Assembly (NCBI GenBank): GCA_965197905.1
Contig: CBDAOB010000005.1
Span: 96,001-160,000, forward strand
Length of the DNA stretch: 64,000 nt
Reading direction: 5' to 3'
From: Candidatus Latescibacterota bacterium
GTDB taxonomy: Bacteria > Latescibacterota > UBA2968 > UBA8231
The notes under the pieces are model-generated. The model saw nothing but the letters and a program-made list of their open reading frames with translations. It searched no databases and was not told the origin of the DNA. The position numbers were made by a program, and so were the translations under genes. Of this stretch, positions 32,302-42,519 are shown piece after piece. Each line of letters starts with the position of its first letter. The stretch's first letter is position 1.

Positions 32302-32877
32302 CTATTTCTGTTTCCACGGCAGCGCGTTAGACGTGTAAGCCTTGCGCATGTTGCCGAGCCATACCGGCCAGAACCAGGGTGTCTTCGCGCCCGGCGGTAG
32401 GTATGCGGCATCGACCGGGTATTTCTTGGTTCGATCGATCTCTTCCTTCAGGTAGCCCTCGATCGTGGAATAGGGAATCCAGGCGAAAGCGCTCCGTTCG
32501 AGATAAGTCTCGTTGGCTTCGGGCGGGACATGGTTCATCACCCTGGGAGAAGGCACGTACGGAACCTGGGCGAAGTAGGCGGCGAAGGCCCCATCCATCA
32601 CCGGCGTCTGTCCCTTGATTCTTTTCAGCAGATCGTCTCGTTTGAAATATCCGCGCGATTCTTCCTCAGCTTTGTGCGCGGCGGTCTCGCCCATCGTTTC
32701 GCCTTCGCGCCCACCACCTCCAAACCCCGCCCATCCTCTGTCGCTTCCCGCGTGCTCTGCCAGCAGCAAATAGACCTCACCGCCCGATTGGTGGTACAGC
32801 ACCATACCAGCGGGTGGCTCAGCGGCCGCAGTGTGACAAAACATCGCAACCATTCCGCTCACTATCGCCCGTTTCAT
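32302..32877 (-). CDS. Exported NUDIX-like protein
   Basis: Signal peptide; GG.REGETMGETAAHKAEEESRG resembles a Nudix box. Confidence 0.6.
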   Translation of the reverse strand: MKRAIVSGMVAMFCHTAAAEPPAGMVLYHQSGGEVYLLLAEHAGSDRGWAGFGGGGREGETMGETAAHKAEEESRGYFKRDDLLKRIKGQTPVMDGAFAAYFAQVPYVPSPRVMNHVPPEANETYLERSAFAWIPYSTIEGYLKEEIDRTKKYPVDAAYLPPGAKTPWFWPVWLGNMRKAYTSNALPWKQK

Positions 32878-33046
32878 GGGACCCCTTTCTATCCGTGCCA
32901 ACGTCTGCCCTGAGATGCTGATCCACAAGGCCAGCAATATTCCTTATAATATTCGAAATCCGACTGCTCTCAATGCCAGGATATGAAGGCGGGCGTAGTT
33001 GCGATTCCACGACTGACGGCGCACCGCGATCGCTAAGGAGATCACC

Positions 33047-33973
33047 ATGTCGTCCCGCACGGAAGTTGAACCCATCATCGAGCTTTCAACCGAACTTCTC
33101 GCCTCCGAAGATCTCTTTTCGGTGCCCGATCGACGGAGCCGACGAAAGTGGAGCAGACCGTGGTGGCACATGGCTCTGCTGTGCGAGATGGGCGAAGCCG
33201 AACGAATACCAAAGTCGACCGCCGAGAGGGCGATGGGACTCCTCAAGAATGGCGCCTGGCCCAGGTTTGTGATTGCCGCTGCCGACGCGCCGCAAACGGA
33301 CGGCGACCGGGAAAAGATGGACTGCTGCCACTGCGAGCTGGGTGTTTTCTACCGGTTACTTTCGGAGTGTGGCTGCGATGTAGATGCCGAGCTCCCGTGG
33401 ATGCGAAACTGGTTTCTGCAACACCAGCTCCCCGACGGAGGCTTGAACTGCGAGCCATCCGCGTACGGCGGTTCTCGGAAGAGCTCGATAGTTTCAACCC
33501 TGCCGCCAATCGAAGCGATTCTGTACTTCACACCTCGGCCATTTACCGACGCCGAGTCCAGGTTTCTGGATGAAGGGGCGCGATATCTGATCGAGCATCG
33601 TCTGATTTGTTCGAAGAAGGATGGGGGAATCATCAATAAGGAATGGTTGAAACCTCTATTTCCACGTTTTTTCGAATACGACCTACTGCGGGGGTTGGCC
33701 TATCTCGCGGAATGGTCGAAGCGCCGAGAGCAACCCCTGCCAGAGACTGTGATCGCAGAAGGTCTCGGCCGGCTCAAGCCCTACATCGGAAAAAATGGCG
33801 TCATTCTGGGAAGGCATGTGAACGACCGAACAGGGGGCTGGAACGGAAGGACCTTCCCGCTGTTGAAATCCGTGAGCCGAGTGGGAAAAACATCCCCGTA
33901 TCTGGCAAGACAGCTGGACACCGTGCTCCATGGCGTCCAGAAGGCAGACCGTTCGGGAACCGGCCTCAGGTGA
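33047..33973 (+). CDS. Hypothetical protein, prenyltransferase/squalene-cyclase-like alpha barrel
   Basis: QLPDGGLNC, FPRFFEYD.LRGL. Confidence 0.6.
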   Translation: MSSRTEVEPIIELSTELLASEDLFSVPDRRSRRKWSRPWWHMALLCEMGEAERIPKSTAERAMGLLKNGAWPRFVIAAADAPQTDGDREKMDCCHCELGVFYRLLSECGCDVDAELPWMRNWFLQHQLPDGGLNCEPSAYGGSRKSSIVSTLPPIEAILYFTPRPFTDAESRFLDEGARYLIEHRLICSKKDGGIINKEWLKPLFPRFFEYDLLRGLAYLAEWSKRREQPLPETVIAEGLGRLKPYIGKNGVILGRHVNDRTGGWNGRTFPLLKSVSRVGKTSPYLARQLDTVLHGVQKADRSGTGLR

Positions 33974-34617
33974 AATTCCCCTCAGTTTTCACAGCTGCTC
34001 AGAACGAGATTCTCGAGGATCTCGAGCGCCGTGACCACCACGAGCGCCAAAACGGAATACGCGAAGCGCTCAGCCTCAAAGCGCTCGATCCTTCGGTTGC
34101 ACAACTACTCTATCTATTGATCCTGCAGCAGGGAGCCAGGACCATCGTGGAGTTCGGCACCTCTCACGGGTACTCCACCATTCACCTTGCCGCGGCGGCC
34201 GAGCAAACCGATGGCCAGGTCCATTCCGTGGACCTGATGCCCGAGAAGACGGCGTTTGCGACTGGAAATCTCGAAGCAGCAGGTCTCATACATCGCGTCA
34301 CGCTTGTAACCTCCGATGGAGTCGACTTCGTCACCTCGCTGCCCGACGGGGTCGATTTTGTTCTCGTCGACTACGGCGTGCCCAAATTTGTGTCCGCCTT
34401 TCCCGAGCTACGCGAACGGATGGCACCAGGATGTTTGATCTTCTTCGACGGTGGCCCCGGGGGTTACTGGGACCGGGAGGATGTACGTGACTTCAAGACG
34501 CAGCTCGAGGAGGATCCATCCTTTCTGGTCCTGATGCTGCCCATGCACAAGGAGCAGCTGCTCGCTGTTAGAATAGGGAATGAGGTGCAACCGCTAGTGG
34601 TAGACAGTCCTACTTGA
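33970..34617 (+). CDS. O-methyltransferase (YrrM-like)
   Basis: IVEFGTSHGYSTIHLA, DFVLVD; GTGA overlap with upstream stop. Confidence 0.85.
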   Translation: MKFPSVFTAAQNEILEDLERRDHHERQNGIREALSLKALDPSVAQLLYLLILQQGARTIVEFGTSHGYSTIHLAAAAEQTDGQVHSVDLMPEKTAFATGNLEAAGLIHRVTLVTSDGVDFVTSLPDGVDFVLVDYGVPKFVSAFPELRERMAPGCLIFFDGGPGGYWDREDVRDFKTQLEEDPSFLVLMLPMHKEQLLAVRIGNEVQPLVVDSPT

Positions 34618-34696
34618 CTCGACTAGCAGGCAGGCCGTTTATCCACCGTTGTTCGACGGCGCCATCACGACAACCAGTGCAAGTGGAGAGTGAGAG

Positions 34697-35014
34697 ATGA
34701 AACAGAGCAAGCAGTACACGGTGCGGGCGGTACGCTGCCAACACGAAGCGACGGTAGAGGAGACCTACCAGGCTCTCCGACGTGCCACCGAACCTCTCGC
34801 CGACGCCTGGGCGCGCCTCGAGAAAGCCGGCCGCATAGGTTTGAAGATCAACCAGGACATGCGGCTAGACGAACGAATCCGTCACAAGGGGATGTGGCAG
34901 CAGCTTGTTTGTGACAAGGTTGTGCGTGCCGCCCTTCGCCTGCTGCCCGAGCGGACAAGCGCCGAGATCGTGTGCACCGACGTGAGCTTCTACGGCGAGC
35001 GGGTCATCGCCTGA
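34697..35014 (+). pseudogene. Truncated gene, possibly DUF362-like N-terminus
   Basis: 105 aa with RIGLKIN and V.AALRLL segments, ends abruptly. Confidence 0.4.
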
Positions 35015-35044
35015 GTTACTCCGCCCAGGCCTGAGCTGGATAGC

Positions 35045-36673
35045 GTGCCATCCCTTAACCGTAACCTGATTGCCCGCCTGAAGGATCCACGCAGCGAGGT
35101 TCCGCTCGTTGTGCTCGCCGCGTTCTTGTGGGTACCGGGAATGGGCGATCCGTCCTTCCTCTCCGACGATTTCGATCACCTGTTGACCTGGGGGACGCCG
35201 CCGTTCGACCAGATCTGGCGCTGGTTCTACACCGAATCCTTCGGCTACTACCGGCCCCTGACCGCTTTGCTGTGGAAGGTGGAGTACGCTCTCTGGGGAC
35301 CGACGCCGCTGGGTTTCCAGCTGGTAAACCTGGGCCTGCACACCGGCTGCGCGCTCTTTGTTCGCCGATTGGCATTGCAGGTTTTCGGGCCGTCGCGTGC
35401 CGGTCTCTGGGCGGCCTTGGCGTTTCTCTTCATGCCAGGTCACATCTTCGGCGTGTTGATGGTCGCGGCTTTGACCGGACTGCTATGCGCGTTGCTCTAC
35501 CTGGCTTCGATCAGCCTTTACCTTCAAGGCCGGTCAAGTTCGCGGCCTCATCTGGTGCTCTCGGTGGTGTTCTTTCTGCTGGCCGCGCTGACCAAAGAGC
35601 TGGCACTGTCGTTGCCCTTGTTGGTCAGTCTCTGGGAGGCGATCGCGCTGCGGCATGAACGGCGGTTTTCATTCGTGCGCTGGTTCAAAGGTTGTCTGCC
35701 CTACGGCCTGGCGTTGGCCGCGTATCTTCTGTTTCGTCTCATCCACTTCGGCCAGTTGCCCAACAGCCCGCTGCACGCCCACCTGGATCCGGAGCGCATC
35801 GTAGTTAACGCGGCGACGTATACGGTAAAGTGTTTCGTACCCTGGGGTCTGGAGGGTTTGAAACCTTTCTTCCGCGCCCATCCCGACCTTTTGGCGCTGT
35901 TCGCCGGCGCCGGTCTGGTCACGGTGCTGGGTTTCGGGTGGATCTGCCGGCACGCGGTCAAGCCGGGACACTGGTTCAGCGTTATCTGGCTGGGAATTAC
36001 CATGCTGCCCGTAGTTACGCTGTATTCGCCCTGGAACACCTACCTGACCTCGGTCGCCGCCGCGTTGCTGATCGGAGTCTGGTGCGACTGGACTGGAGGA
36101 GTGCGGGCGGCGGGGGTCAGGAAGTGGGGCCTGGTCGCATTCCTCAGCCTGTCGGTCGTCTATTCTCTGGACCACCAGCAGCGCTGGCGCCAGGCGCGTG
36201 TCCTCTGTGGCCGGCTGACCCAGGCCCTGGTCGCGATGCCGGCTTCGGACACTTATTATCTGGCCAACCTGCCGGCTGAGTGGAGCGATGTTCCGCTCTT
36301 TGTCAGCGACTCGGCTCTGCGGGGATCCGTCGCACTCGGCGGCCACCGAAGACAGGTCATGGGCCTTGCCAATGTCTGCAAAGTCCAGCGGGCAGATCGG
36401 GTCGAAATCACTCGGAACAAGGGGCCCAGCTTCTCGCTCCGCCTCGCGCTGCCGGAAGAGTTCATTCGGCTCGAGTCCCTGGAGATCCTTGCCAACCGCA
36501 GGGGGCCGCAACCGGGCTATCGCTTCTCGAAAGGAGCGGCGAGGATCCGTGTCGATGCGCTCAACCCGCAAGGGCAAGCAAGCGCGCTGACGGTGGATAT
36601 GGGGTCCGCCGCAGCTCTGGCCAGGGTCTATCTCTGGGACGGTCAACGATTGAAGCCGCTTTTCAAACCATGA
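35045..36673 (+). CDS. Polytopic membrane glycosyltransferase-like protein (GT-C/ArnT-like)
   Basis: SDDF, YYRPL, NL.LH, TKE motifs; many TM helices. Confidence 0.72.
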   Translation: MPSLNRNLIARLKDPRSEVPLVVLAAFLWVPGMGDPSFLSDDFDHLLTWGTPPFDQIWRWFYTESFGYYRPLTALLWKVEYALWGPTPLGFQLVNLGLHTGCALFVRRLALQVFGPSRAGLWAALAFLFMPGHIFGVLMVAALTGLLCALLYLASISLYLQGRSSSRPHLVLSVVFFLLAALTKELALSLPLLVSLWEAIALRHERRFSFVRWFKGCLPYGLALAAYLLFRLIHFGQLPNSPLHAHLDPERIVVNAATYTVKCFVPWGLEGLKPFFRAHPDLLALFAGAGLVTVLGFGWICRHAVKPGHWFSVIWLGITMLPVVTLYSPWNTYLTSVAAALLIGVWCDWTGGVRAAGVRKWGLVAFLSLSVVYSLDHQQRWRQARVLCGRLTQALVAMPASDTYYLANLPAEWSDVPLFVSDSALRGSVALGGHRRQVMGLANVCKVQRADRVEITRNKGPSFSLRLALPEEFIRLESLEILANRRGPQPGYRFSKGAARIRVDALNPQGQASALTVDMGSAAALARVYLWDGQRLKPLFKP

Positions 36674-38079
36674 AGGGTGCCCTCGGAATACTGGTTCTGG
36701 CTGCCCTGGCTTACTGGCCCGCCGGTCAAGCTTTCTTCGTCAAGGACGATATCGTCCTGATCTCAGGCGCCCATCTGGACTTTTCCACCGCGCTCTTCCA
36801 CTCGTGGCCCGGCGGTTTCGTGCGCCACGAGGCGCCAGAGAACCGGGTGGGATGCAAGGACCCACCAACGGGCTGTCGCAGCAGCCCGTTGAAGCTGGAG
36901 GCAGCCTGACCCTGGGAGCGCAGGGGAAGGTGGAAGCAGCCTCGACAACGACAGAGTGGAGTGGCACCTCCAGACACTCCACGTCTGGCAAGCAAGACGG
37001 AATGGTGTAACCCGAAGTGAACCAGTGATGGAACCCCCTTTAGCGGCCCGCCAACCCAAACCTGGTGGATAAGGGTTGGTACGCAACGCACGTGGTCGGA
37101 TATATGACCGACTGCGACTCTGGGGAGGTGTGATACCCACCGAAGCAGAGGCCTTGGAGAATGCCTGCGGCGTACCCAAGGCGAAGTTGCAGGGGAAAAG
37201 CTGGGCACCTCCCCCGTCAAACGGTTCATGGTGAACGTGGGAACCGAGCCGAGTCCGACCGTTATCGGGCCCACTCAACACCGAAATTGGCGTTACGGCG
37301 TATTAGAGCTCGACACTGGCTACTACGCGATAGAAACAAGCTTCGGGTCCGTGATGACCAACGGGGCTTACTACCTCTATCTGCTCGCCGGCGGCAGCGC
37401 GATCGGCGGCAGGGTCGTCTACTACGATCCCGAACAGATCGGAGCGAATTTCTTCGACGTGTTCCCGCCGTTGTTGATTCTGACCGCTTTGCTGGTCGCT
37501 GCCTACGTGTGGCAAGCCAGAAAGAACGGCGACCGACCCTACGCCGGTCTGGGGATGCCGTTCCTATGGATTCTCCTTTCCCTCCTGCCGCTCCTGATCC
37601 TGGGTGAACGTCCGCGTCGTCTCGCCTATCTGGCGGTACCCGGCTACTCCATGGCCCTAGGTCACATCCTGTTCTACCTGCACGACAAATCCCGCTTCAT
37701 GCGAATATCCAGAACAGGCATTATCTGTTTCGCCCTGGTTTTGGTTTCGACGCTGCATCTACGAAACCGCGATTGGCTTGCCGCCGGCGACCTGGAACGC
37801 TCACTGAGCGATGTGGTTGCCGACGATTGCCACATGGTTGCATTCGACGTGCCGAACCTTATCGGAGATGCCTTATTCTTCAACAGCGGATCAACTGCGC
37901 TCTGGCTGGCTAAAACCGGCCGACGGCCGCTCGTTTCCCCGCCCCACGAATGGGAACGAATTCCGGCGGGGACGATCCCCTGCTACTACCGCTACGCGGA
38001 CGGTCACGTCGAGCCGGTCGAAGAGCCACCTCGTAGTCCCACGTTTACGCGCGGACGGAATTGGGCACCATCCCCTTGA
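36670..38079 (+). pseudogene. Paralogous GT-C-like gene disrupted by a group II intron fragment and a deletion
   Basis: 5' piece 36670-36819 (..FFVKDD..WPGGF) stops just before the expected RP motif; 3' piece from about 37280 (WRYGVL..RRLAYLA..RDW..AG). Confidence 0.7.
36820..37279 (+). mobile_element. Group II intron 5' fragment (domain I; no RT ORF or domain V)
   Basis: Starts GTGCG; dense hairpins; GTGAACGTGGGAACC near the end of domain I; loop GATACC (37132-37137) pairs 5/6 with exon end GGTTTC; 3' boundary uncertain. Confidence 0.8.
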
Positions 38080-38308
38080 GGGGGGCTGGCCGACGTACGG
38101 CTCGTCGGTCCGCTGCAGCCAAGACATCGGTGGGATTGGTATCTTCTTTGAGTGCGCGAATTTCGGGTGTCTCGCGAATCACAGCCGAGAAAACGTATCC
38201 GGGTTTTGACACCAATGGAATCGAGTGGGAGTTTGTAAACCGCCTTACCGACGAACCGGATAAGACCGACACCCTATGGCTGGGCGGTAGACCCTTCAAG
38301 AAAGCGAA

Positions 38309-39670
38309 ATGAAATCTGAACAGAAATTGCAGATCCTGCTGGTTGACGACGAGGAGATCGTACATCAGACAGTCGGTGATTATCTGCGCGAATCCGGCGC
38401 CGAGGTAACGTCGAGGCACGACGGTCGTGAGGCCCTCGATGCCATAACCGGAACCGACTACGATCTCGTATTGGCGGATATCAGAATGCCACGCCTGGAC
38501 GGTTTATCGTTTCTCGAAGAGGCGCAGCAGGTCCGGCCGGAGCTTTCGGTCGTGATCATAACCGGGCACGGGAACATGGAGACTGCTGTGCAGGCGCTCC
38601 GACTTGGAGCTGCCGATTTTCTCACCAAGCCGGTAAAGCTTATAGAGTTGGATGCGGTCCTCGAAAAGGCGGTCCGGCTGAGCGCGTTGCGCAAGGATCG
38701 GCTGCATCTGCGGGAAACCATCCGGGGTATTCAGGAAGCGGAGGGGTTGGGAGACGGCGGACATCAATTTCTCGGAACGAGCACCTCAACCGAAGTCATT
38801 CGAACCCAGGTGCAGCGCGCGGTTGAAGCTGAGTGTGATACAATTCTGATTACGGGCGAGACCGGTACTGGCAAGGAAGTGGTCGCTCGCGAGATCCACC
38901 GCCAGGCCTTTCCAGCCGAGCGGCCGTTTATCGCCGTAAGCTGCCCCGCGCTGCCAGATACTCTGGTGGAAAGCGAGCTCTTTGGGCATGTGAAGGGCGC
39001 TTTTACGGGCGCGCAGACAAACCGCGCCGGATACTTCGAGTTGGCGGATGGTGGCACCCTTTTCCTCGATGAGGTTGGAGATCTCTCAGACGCCGCGCAG
39101 GCGAAGCTGTTGCGGGTCCTCGAGACCAGGGCGCTGCGAAGAGTGGGGGCGGCCAAGGAAACCGAGGTTGAAGTCCGGGTCGTCGCGGCGACCAATCGGT
39201 CCCTCGAGCAGATGGTGGCGACGGGCAGCTTCCGCAGTGACCTGTTTTACCGGCTCAACCTATTTGGGATCGAGCTAACGCCGCTCAGAGAACGGCGCGA
39301 AGACATTCTCATCCTCGCCAAACACTTCTTGGAGGTTCGCAACCGAGGACGGTCCGGTCGGGCTGCGGGATTTTCGCCAGTTGCCGAAGAGATCCTGAGC
39401 GAATACGACTATCCCCGCAACGCCCGCGAGCTACGGAACCTCGTGGAGCGGGCGGCAATTCTCTGCGCCGAAGAGGAAATCCAAGCGGAGCACCTCAGCC
39501 TTCCACAGCGGAACGCGGAACCCGCTCCCGGGGACGCGCCTGCCACCGAACGAGCCGCAATCATCCACGCGCTGGAGGAAGCGAAGTGGAACCGTCGCCG
39601 AGCGGCGGAGATCCTCGACATGCCGTACTCCACCTTGCGATACAAGATGGGCAAACTGCAGATTGTCTGA
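38309..39670 (+). CDS. Sigma54-dependent response regulator (NtrC/AtoC family)
   Basis: REC domain, GETGTGKE, ESELFGH, GAFTGA, LFLDE, C-terminal HTH. Confidence 0.95.
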   Translation: MKSEQKLQILLVDDEEIVHQTVGDYLRESGAEVTSRHDGREALDAITGTDYDLVLADIRMPRLDGLSFLEEAQQVRPELSVVIITGHGNMETAVQALRLGAADFLTKPVKLIELDAVLEKAVRLSALRKDRLHLRETIRGIQEAEGLGDGGHQFLGTSTSTEVIRTQVQRAVEAECDTILITGETGTGKEVVAREIHRQAFPAERPFIAVSCPALPDTLVESELFGHVKGAFTGAQTNRAGYFELADGGTLFLDEVGDLSDAAQAKLLRVLETRALRRVGAAKETEVEVRVVAATNRSLEQMVATGSFRSDLFYRLNLFGIELTPLRERREDILILAKHFLEVRNRGRSGRAAGFSPVAEEILSEYDYPRNARELRNLVERAAILCAEEEIQAEHLSLPQRNAEPAPGDAPATERAAIIHALEEAKWNRRRAAEILDMPYSTLRYKMGKLQIV

Positions 39671-40841
39671 AACGCTGCTGATCGTCGAGGATGAGGCCAT
39701 CGTAGCCGCCGATTTGAAGGCTACTCTCGAACGTAGCGGATACACGGTTCTCGGACCCGTGGAATCCGGGGAGGTCGCCGTTGAAATAGCCGCCGAGCAG
39801 CACCCCGATCTCATCCTCATGGACATCCGGCTTGCGGGCGAGATGGACGGCATCGAGGCTGCCGCGCGAATCCGCCAGCAGCTCCACCTTCCCGTGGTGT
39901 TTCTGACCGCCCATTCGGACGAGGCCACGCTCTCCAGGGCACGGGAATCCGCACCCCTCGGGTTCTTGTTGAAACCCTTCAACGAGCGCGAGCTTCGAAC
40001 CACCATCGAGATCGCAATACACCGCCACGAGCTGGAGGAGAAGCTTCGAGTTACGACCGAAAATCTCGAGCGTGAAACCGCGGAACGGCGTCGCGCTGAG
40101 AGCGAGCTGGATCTGTACCGCGCCCTTACGATTCGCTCCGACAGGCTTCGGTCGCTCGGCCAGATGGCGGCCGGCATCGCCCATGAAATCAACCAGCCTC
40201 TCGTCGGCGTCAGGGGTCTGGCCGAACACATCCTGCTGGGCTTGGAACGCGGCTGGGATTCCAGCGGGGAGACACTCAAAAGTCGTGTCGAAAAGATCAT
40301 TGAGCAGGCCGATCGCATGGATCACATCGTCGAACACGTGCGTATGTTCGCCAGAGAAGGAGATCGGGCTACCTTCGAGCAGGTCAATGTTAACGATGTC
40401 GCGGAGTCAGCAGCGGCGTTGCTGACAAGTCCTTTTCGCCAGGAAGGGGTTCGACTGGATACCGAGCTGGGGACCGAACTGCCCCCTGTGCACGCCAATG
40501 TGTTCTCGCTCGAGGAGGTGCTCATCAACCTGCTCAACAACGCCCGTGACGCCGAGCTGGATCGCCCGGAGGTCGAGTCACCTCGGGTACTCTTGCAGAC
40601 TCAGGTTCAGGGCGAGAACGTGCAGATTGCCGTAATCGATCACGGTATCGGAATCCCGAAGGAATACAGCGACCGAATCTTCGATCCGTTCTTCACCACC
40701 AAAGAACCAAACAAGGGATCAGGATTGGGATTGGCTATCTCAAGGAATATCGTCGATGACTTTGGCGGCAAGCTTGAAATTCGTTCAACGCCGGACAAGG
40801 GCTGTACAGCCTTGATATCCCTGCCGTTCGCAGCCAAGTAA
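39663..40841 (+). CDS. Hybrid REC-histidine kinase
   Basis: LMDIRL receiver; AHEINQPL; PFFTTK..GSGLGL. Confidence 0.92.
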   Translation: MSETLLIVEDEAIVAADLKATLERSGYTVLGPVESGEVAVEIAAEQHPDLILMDIRLAGEMDGIEAAARIRQQLHLPVVFLTAHSDEATLSRARESAPLGFLLKPFNERELRTTIEIAIHRHELEEKLRVTTENLERETAERRRAESELDLYRALTIRSDRLRSLGQMAAGIAHEINQPLVGVRGLAEHILLGLERGWDSSGETLKSRVEKIIEQADRMDHIVEHVRMFAREGDRATFEQVNVNDVAESAAALLTSPFRQEGVRLDTELGTELPPVHANVFSLEEVLINLLNNARDAELDRPEVESPRVLLQTQVQGENVQIAVIDHGIGIPKEYSDRIFDPFFTTKEPNKGSGLGLAISRNIVDDFGGKLEIRSTPDKGCTALISLPFAAK

Positions 40842-40917
40842 TCCTTTCCGAACTCACTACTTACGCTTCAACTGCCCACCAAGCCGACTGCAGGATGGGA
40901 CTCGCCCTCGGGTCTTA

Positions 40918-40947
40918 TTAGCACTTGTTGTTAACAATAGATGCGAA
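40918..40947 (+). promoter_or_regulatory. Conserved 30-bp upstream motif, copy 1 (candidate activator site)
   Basis: TTAGCACTTGTTGTTAACAATAGATGCGAA. Confidence 0.5.
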
Positions 40948-41034
40948 TCTGAGCCGAAAAGACCCCGTTAGACAGTCTCACTAACGCACCATAAACCAGG
41001 ATTTTTCATGATCTTATGGTCGATTTTCGTCGGC

Positions 41035-41050
41035 TGGTATGAACTTTGCC
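41035..41050 (+). promoter_or_regulatory. Sigma54 -24/-12 promoter
   Basis: TGGTATGAACTTTGCC, GG-N10-GC. Confidence 0.6.
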
Positions 41051-41185
41051 AAAGGATCTAGCCTAAGGAGGCGCCCAAGGTGAGCAATGGGAAGCGCAGG
41101 ATGTGTTGCTCCCCGATGCGGAGCGCATAGAGGTTCTCGCGGTCCCGGCGTAACCCTGATCTAGCTTGGAGAGGAGCTTGAACTA

Positions 41186-41560
41186 GTGAAATCGCTAAGC
41201 GTGCTGGTTGCAGATGACGAGGAAATCGTTCGCAAGACTGTGGCGGACTATCTGATGGCATCCGGCCATTCTGTCCGTCAGGTTGAAGACGGTCTCGAGG
41301 CACTCGCCGCCATCGAGTCCGACCAGTACGATTTGCTTATCGCAGACGTGCGCATGCCCCGAATGGGAGGTGTTGCCCTGTTGACCGAGTGTTCTCATAA
41401 ATATCCCGACCTCCCGGTCATAATAGTTACCGGCCATGGTGATGAGGCTTTGTCTAACGAGGTGCTGGAGCTGGGGGCCCACAGCCTCCTCACCAAGCCG
41501 TTTGCCCTACGGGATCTGGGCAAGCTCGTGGCGGCAACGGGGAAGGACGATCAGTCTTGA
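41186..41560 (+). CDS. Single-domain response regulator
   Basis: VADDE, ADVRMP, TGHG, TKPF. Confidence 0.9.
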   Translation: MKSLSVLVADDEEIVRKTVADYLMASGHSVRQVEDGLEALAAIESDQYDLLIADVRMPRMGGVALLTECSHKYPDLPVIIVTGHGDEALSNEVLELGAHSLLTKPFALRDLGKLVAATGKDDQS

Positions 41561-41643
41561 AACTCATCTATTGCTCGTCGTCGTATTCGCTGGAGGTGAT
41601 GCAGTGTCCGACGTTCCTATGAACCAGGTACAGAGGAGCCACA

Positions 41644-41778
41644 ATGATGATCGTCTTGGTGGATGACGAAGATGCCATTCCGCGAGAGAAGATACTCAAA
41701 GGTCTGGATGGCTTGGGGGCAGTGAAGCATTGTCGCATCGAACGGACTTTCGATCCCGATCTTCCTCCGGTATCGGCG
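41644..41778 (+). pseudogene. Collapsed paralog of the 46546-48709 regulator-kinase pair
   Basis: RBS and first 14 codons align to 46532-46588, then the sequence jumps to align with 48270-48360. Confidence 0.75.
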
Positions 41779-41822
41779 CAATGCTACGTGGGCGTTTCGC
41801 CCTGCGTAGCTACCGACTTAGC

Positions 41823-42519
41823 TCAGAACAAGATCTTTGCGCCCAGGGCGAGTCCAGAGCCGTCGAGGCGGGGATTGTCGTCTTCATACTCGTTAAACCT
41901 GTACTCTGCGACGGCCTGGAAGCGGGAGTCTATCCGTAGGTTGAGCTGGGGTTCGATTACCCAACGATTGGGACTCGATTTGTCGATGTTTAGATCCGCA
42001 AATCCGGTTATTGACAGCAGGTTGGTCAATGGAATGAAGTAGATCAGGCTTGCCTGACTTCCGCTGTCATCCGTCTCATAAGGGTGCACGCGCAGGCGAA
42101 GCCATCCCTTGTTGCGGGCCAGTCTCGAGAGCCCTTGTTGGTAGGTGAGACCGAACCGGAAGACCTCATTTCCGCGGCCAGCGAAATCGTCGTATTCTGC
42201 CTGGAGGCTCAGGCCCCGAATTCCTCCCACCCAACGCGGATCCAGAGCACGCTGGAGGCGGTATTCGAGGAAGTACCTCGTAAGGTCAAAGCGCGCCAGA
42301 CGATTTCTTCTGATCGCTGTGGAGATCGACAAAGCCAAACACGGAAAAACCCAGCGGCAGTGCCTTGGTACTGCTCTGAAGGGCGGCCGTGTTGAAATTT
42401 CGGCTATCGAAGTAGTAGGTCGCCTGGGCCGAGGTCTTCCACGGGTTATTCTCCCCGCCCCAGGTTGTATCAATGGCTGCTGCGCCCACGAAAGTTAGAA
42501 CTAAGATCAATTGTCGCAT
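41823..42519 (-). CDS. Putative outer-membrane beta-barrel protein, frameshifted near 42296
   Basis: Signal peptide, amphipathic strands, terminal Phe; removing one G joins ORFs 42286-42519 and 41823-42473. Confidence 0.6.

Noticed and set aside
36726..37281. Overlapping 170-180 aa ORFs
   Set aside because: Spurious frames over GC-rich intron RNA; no RT motifs.
38061..38312. 83-aa ORF overlapping the NtrC start
   Set aside because: May be a C-terminal gene remnant, but no family or start signal was recognised.
39406..39440. YPRNAREL in place of the usual WPGNVREL in the sigma54 activator
   Set aside because: A single-base change could explain the Gly-to-Arg; other motifs are intact, so loss of function cannot be claimed.
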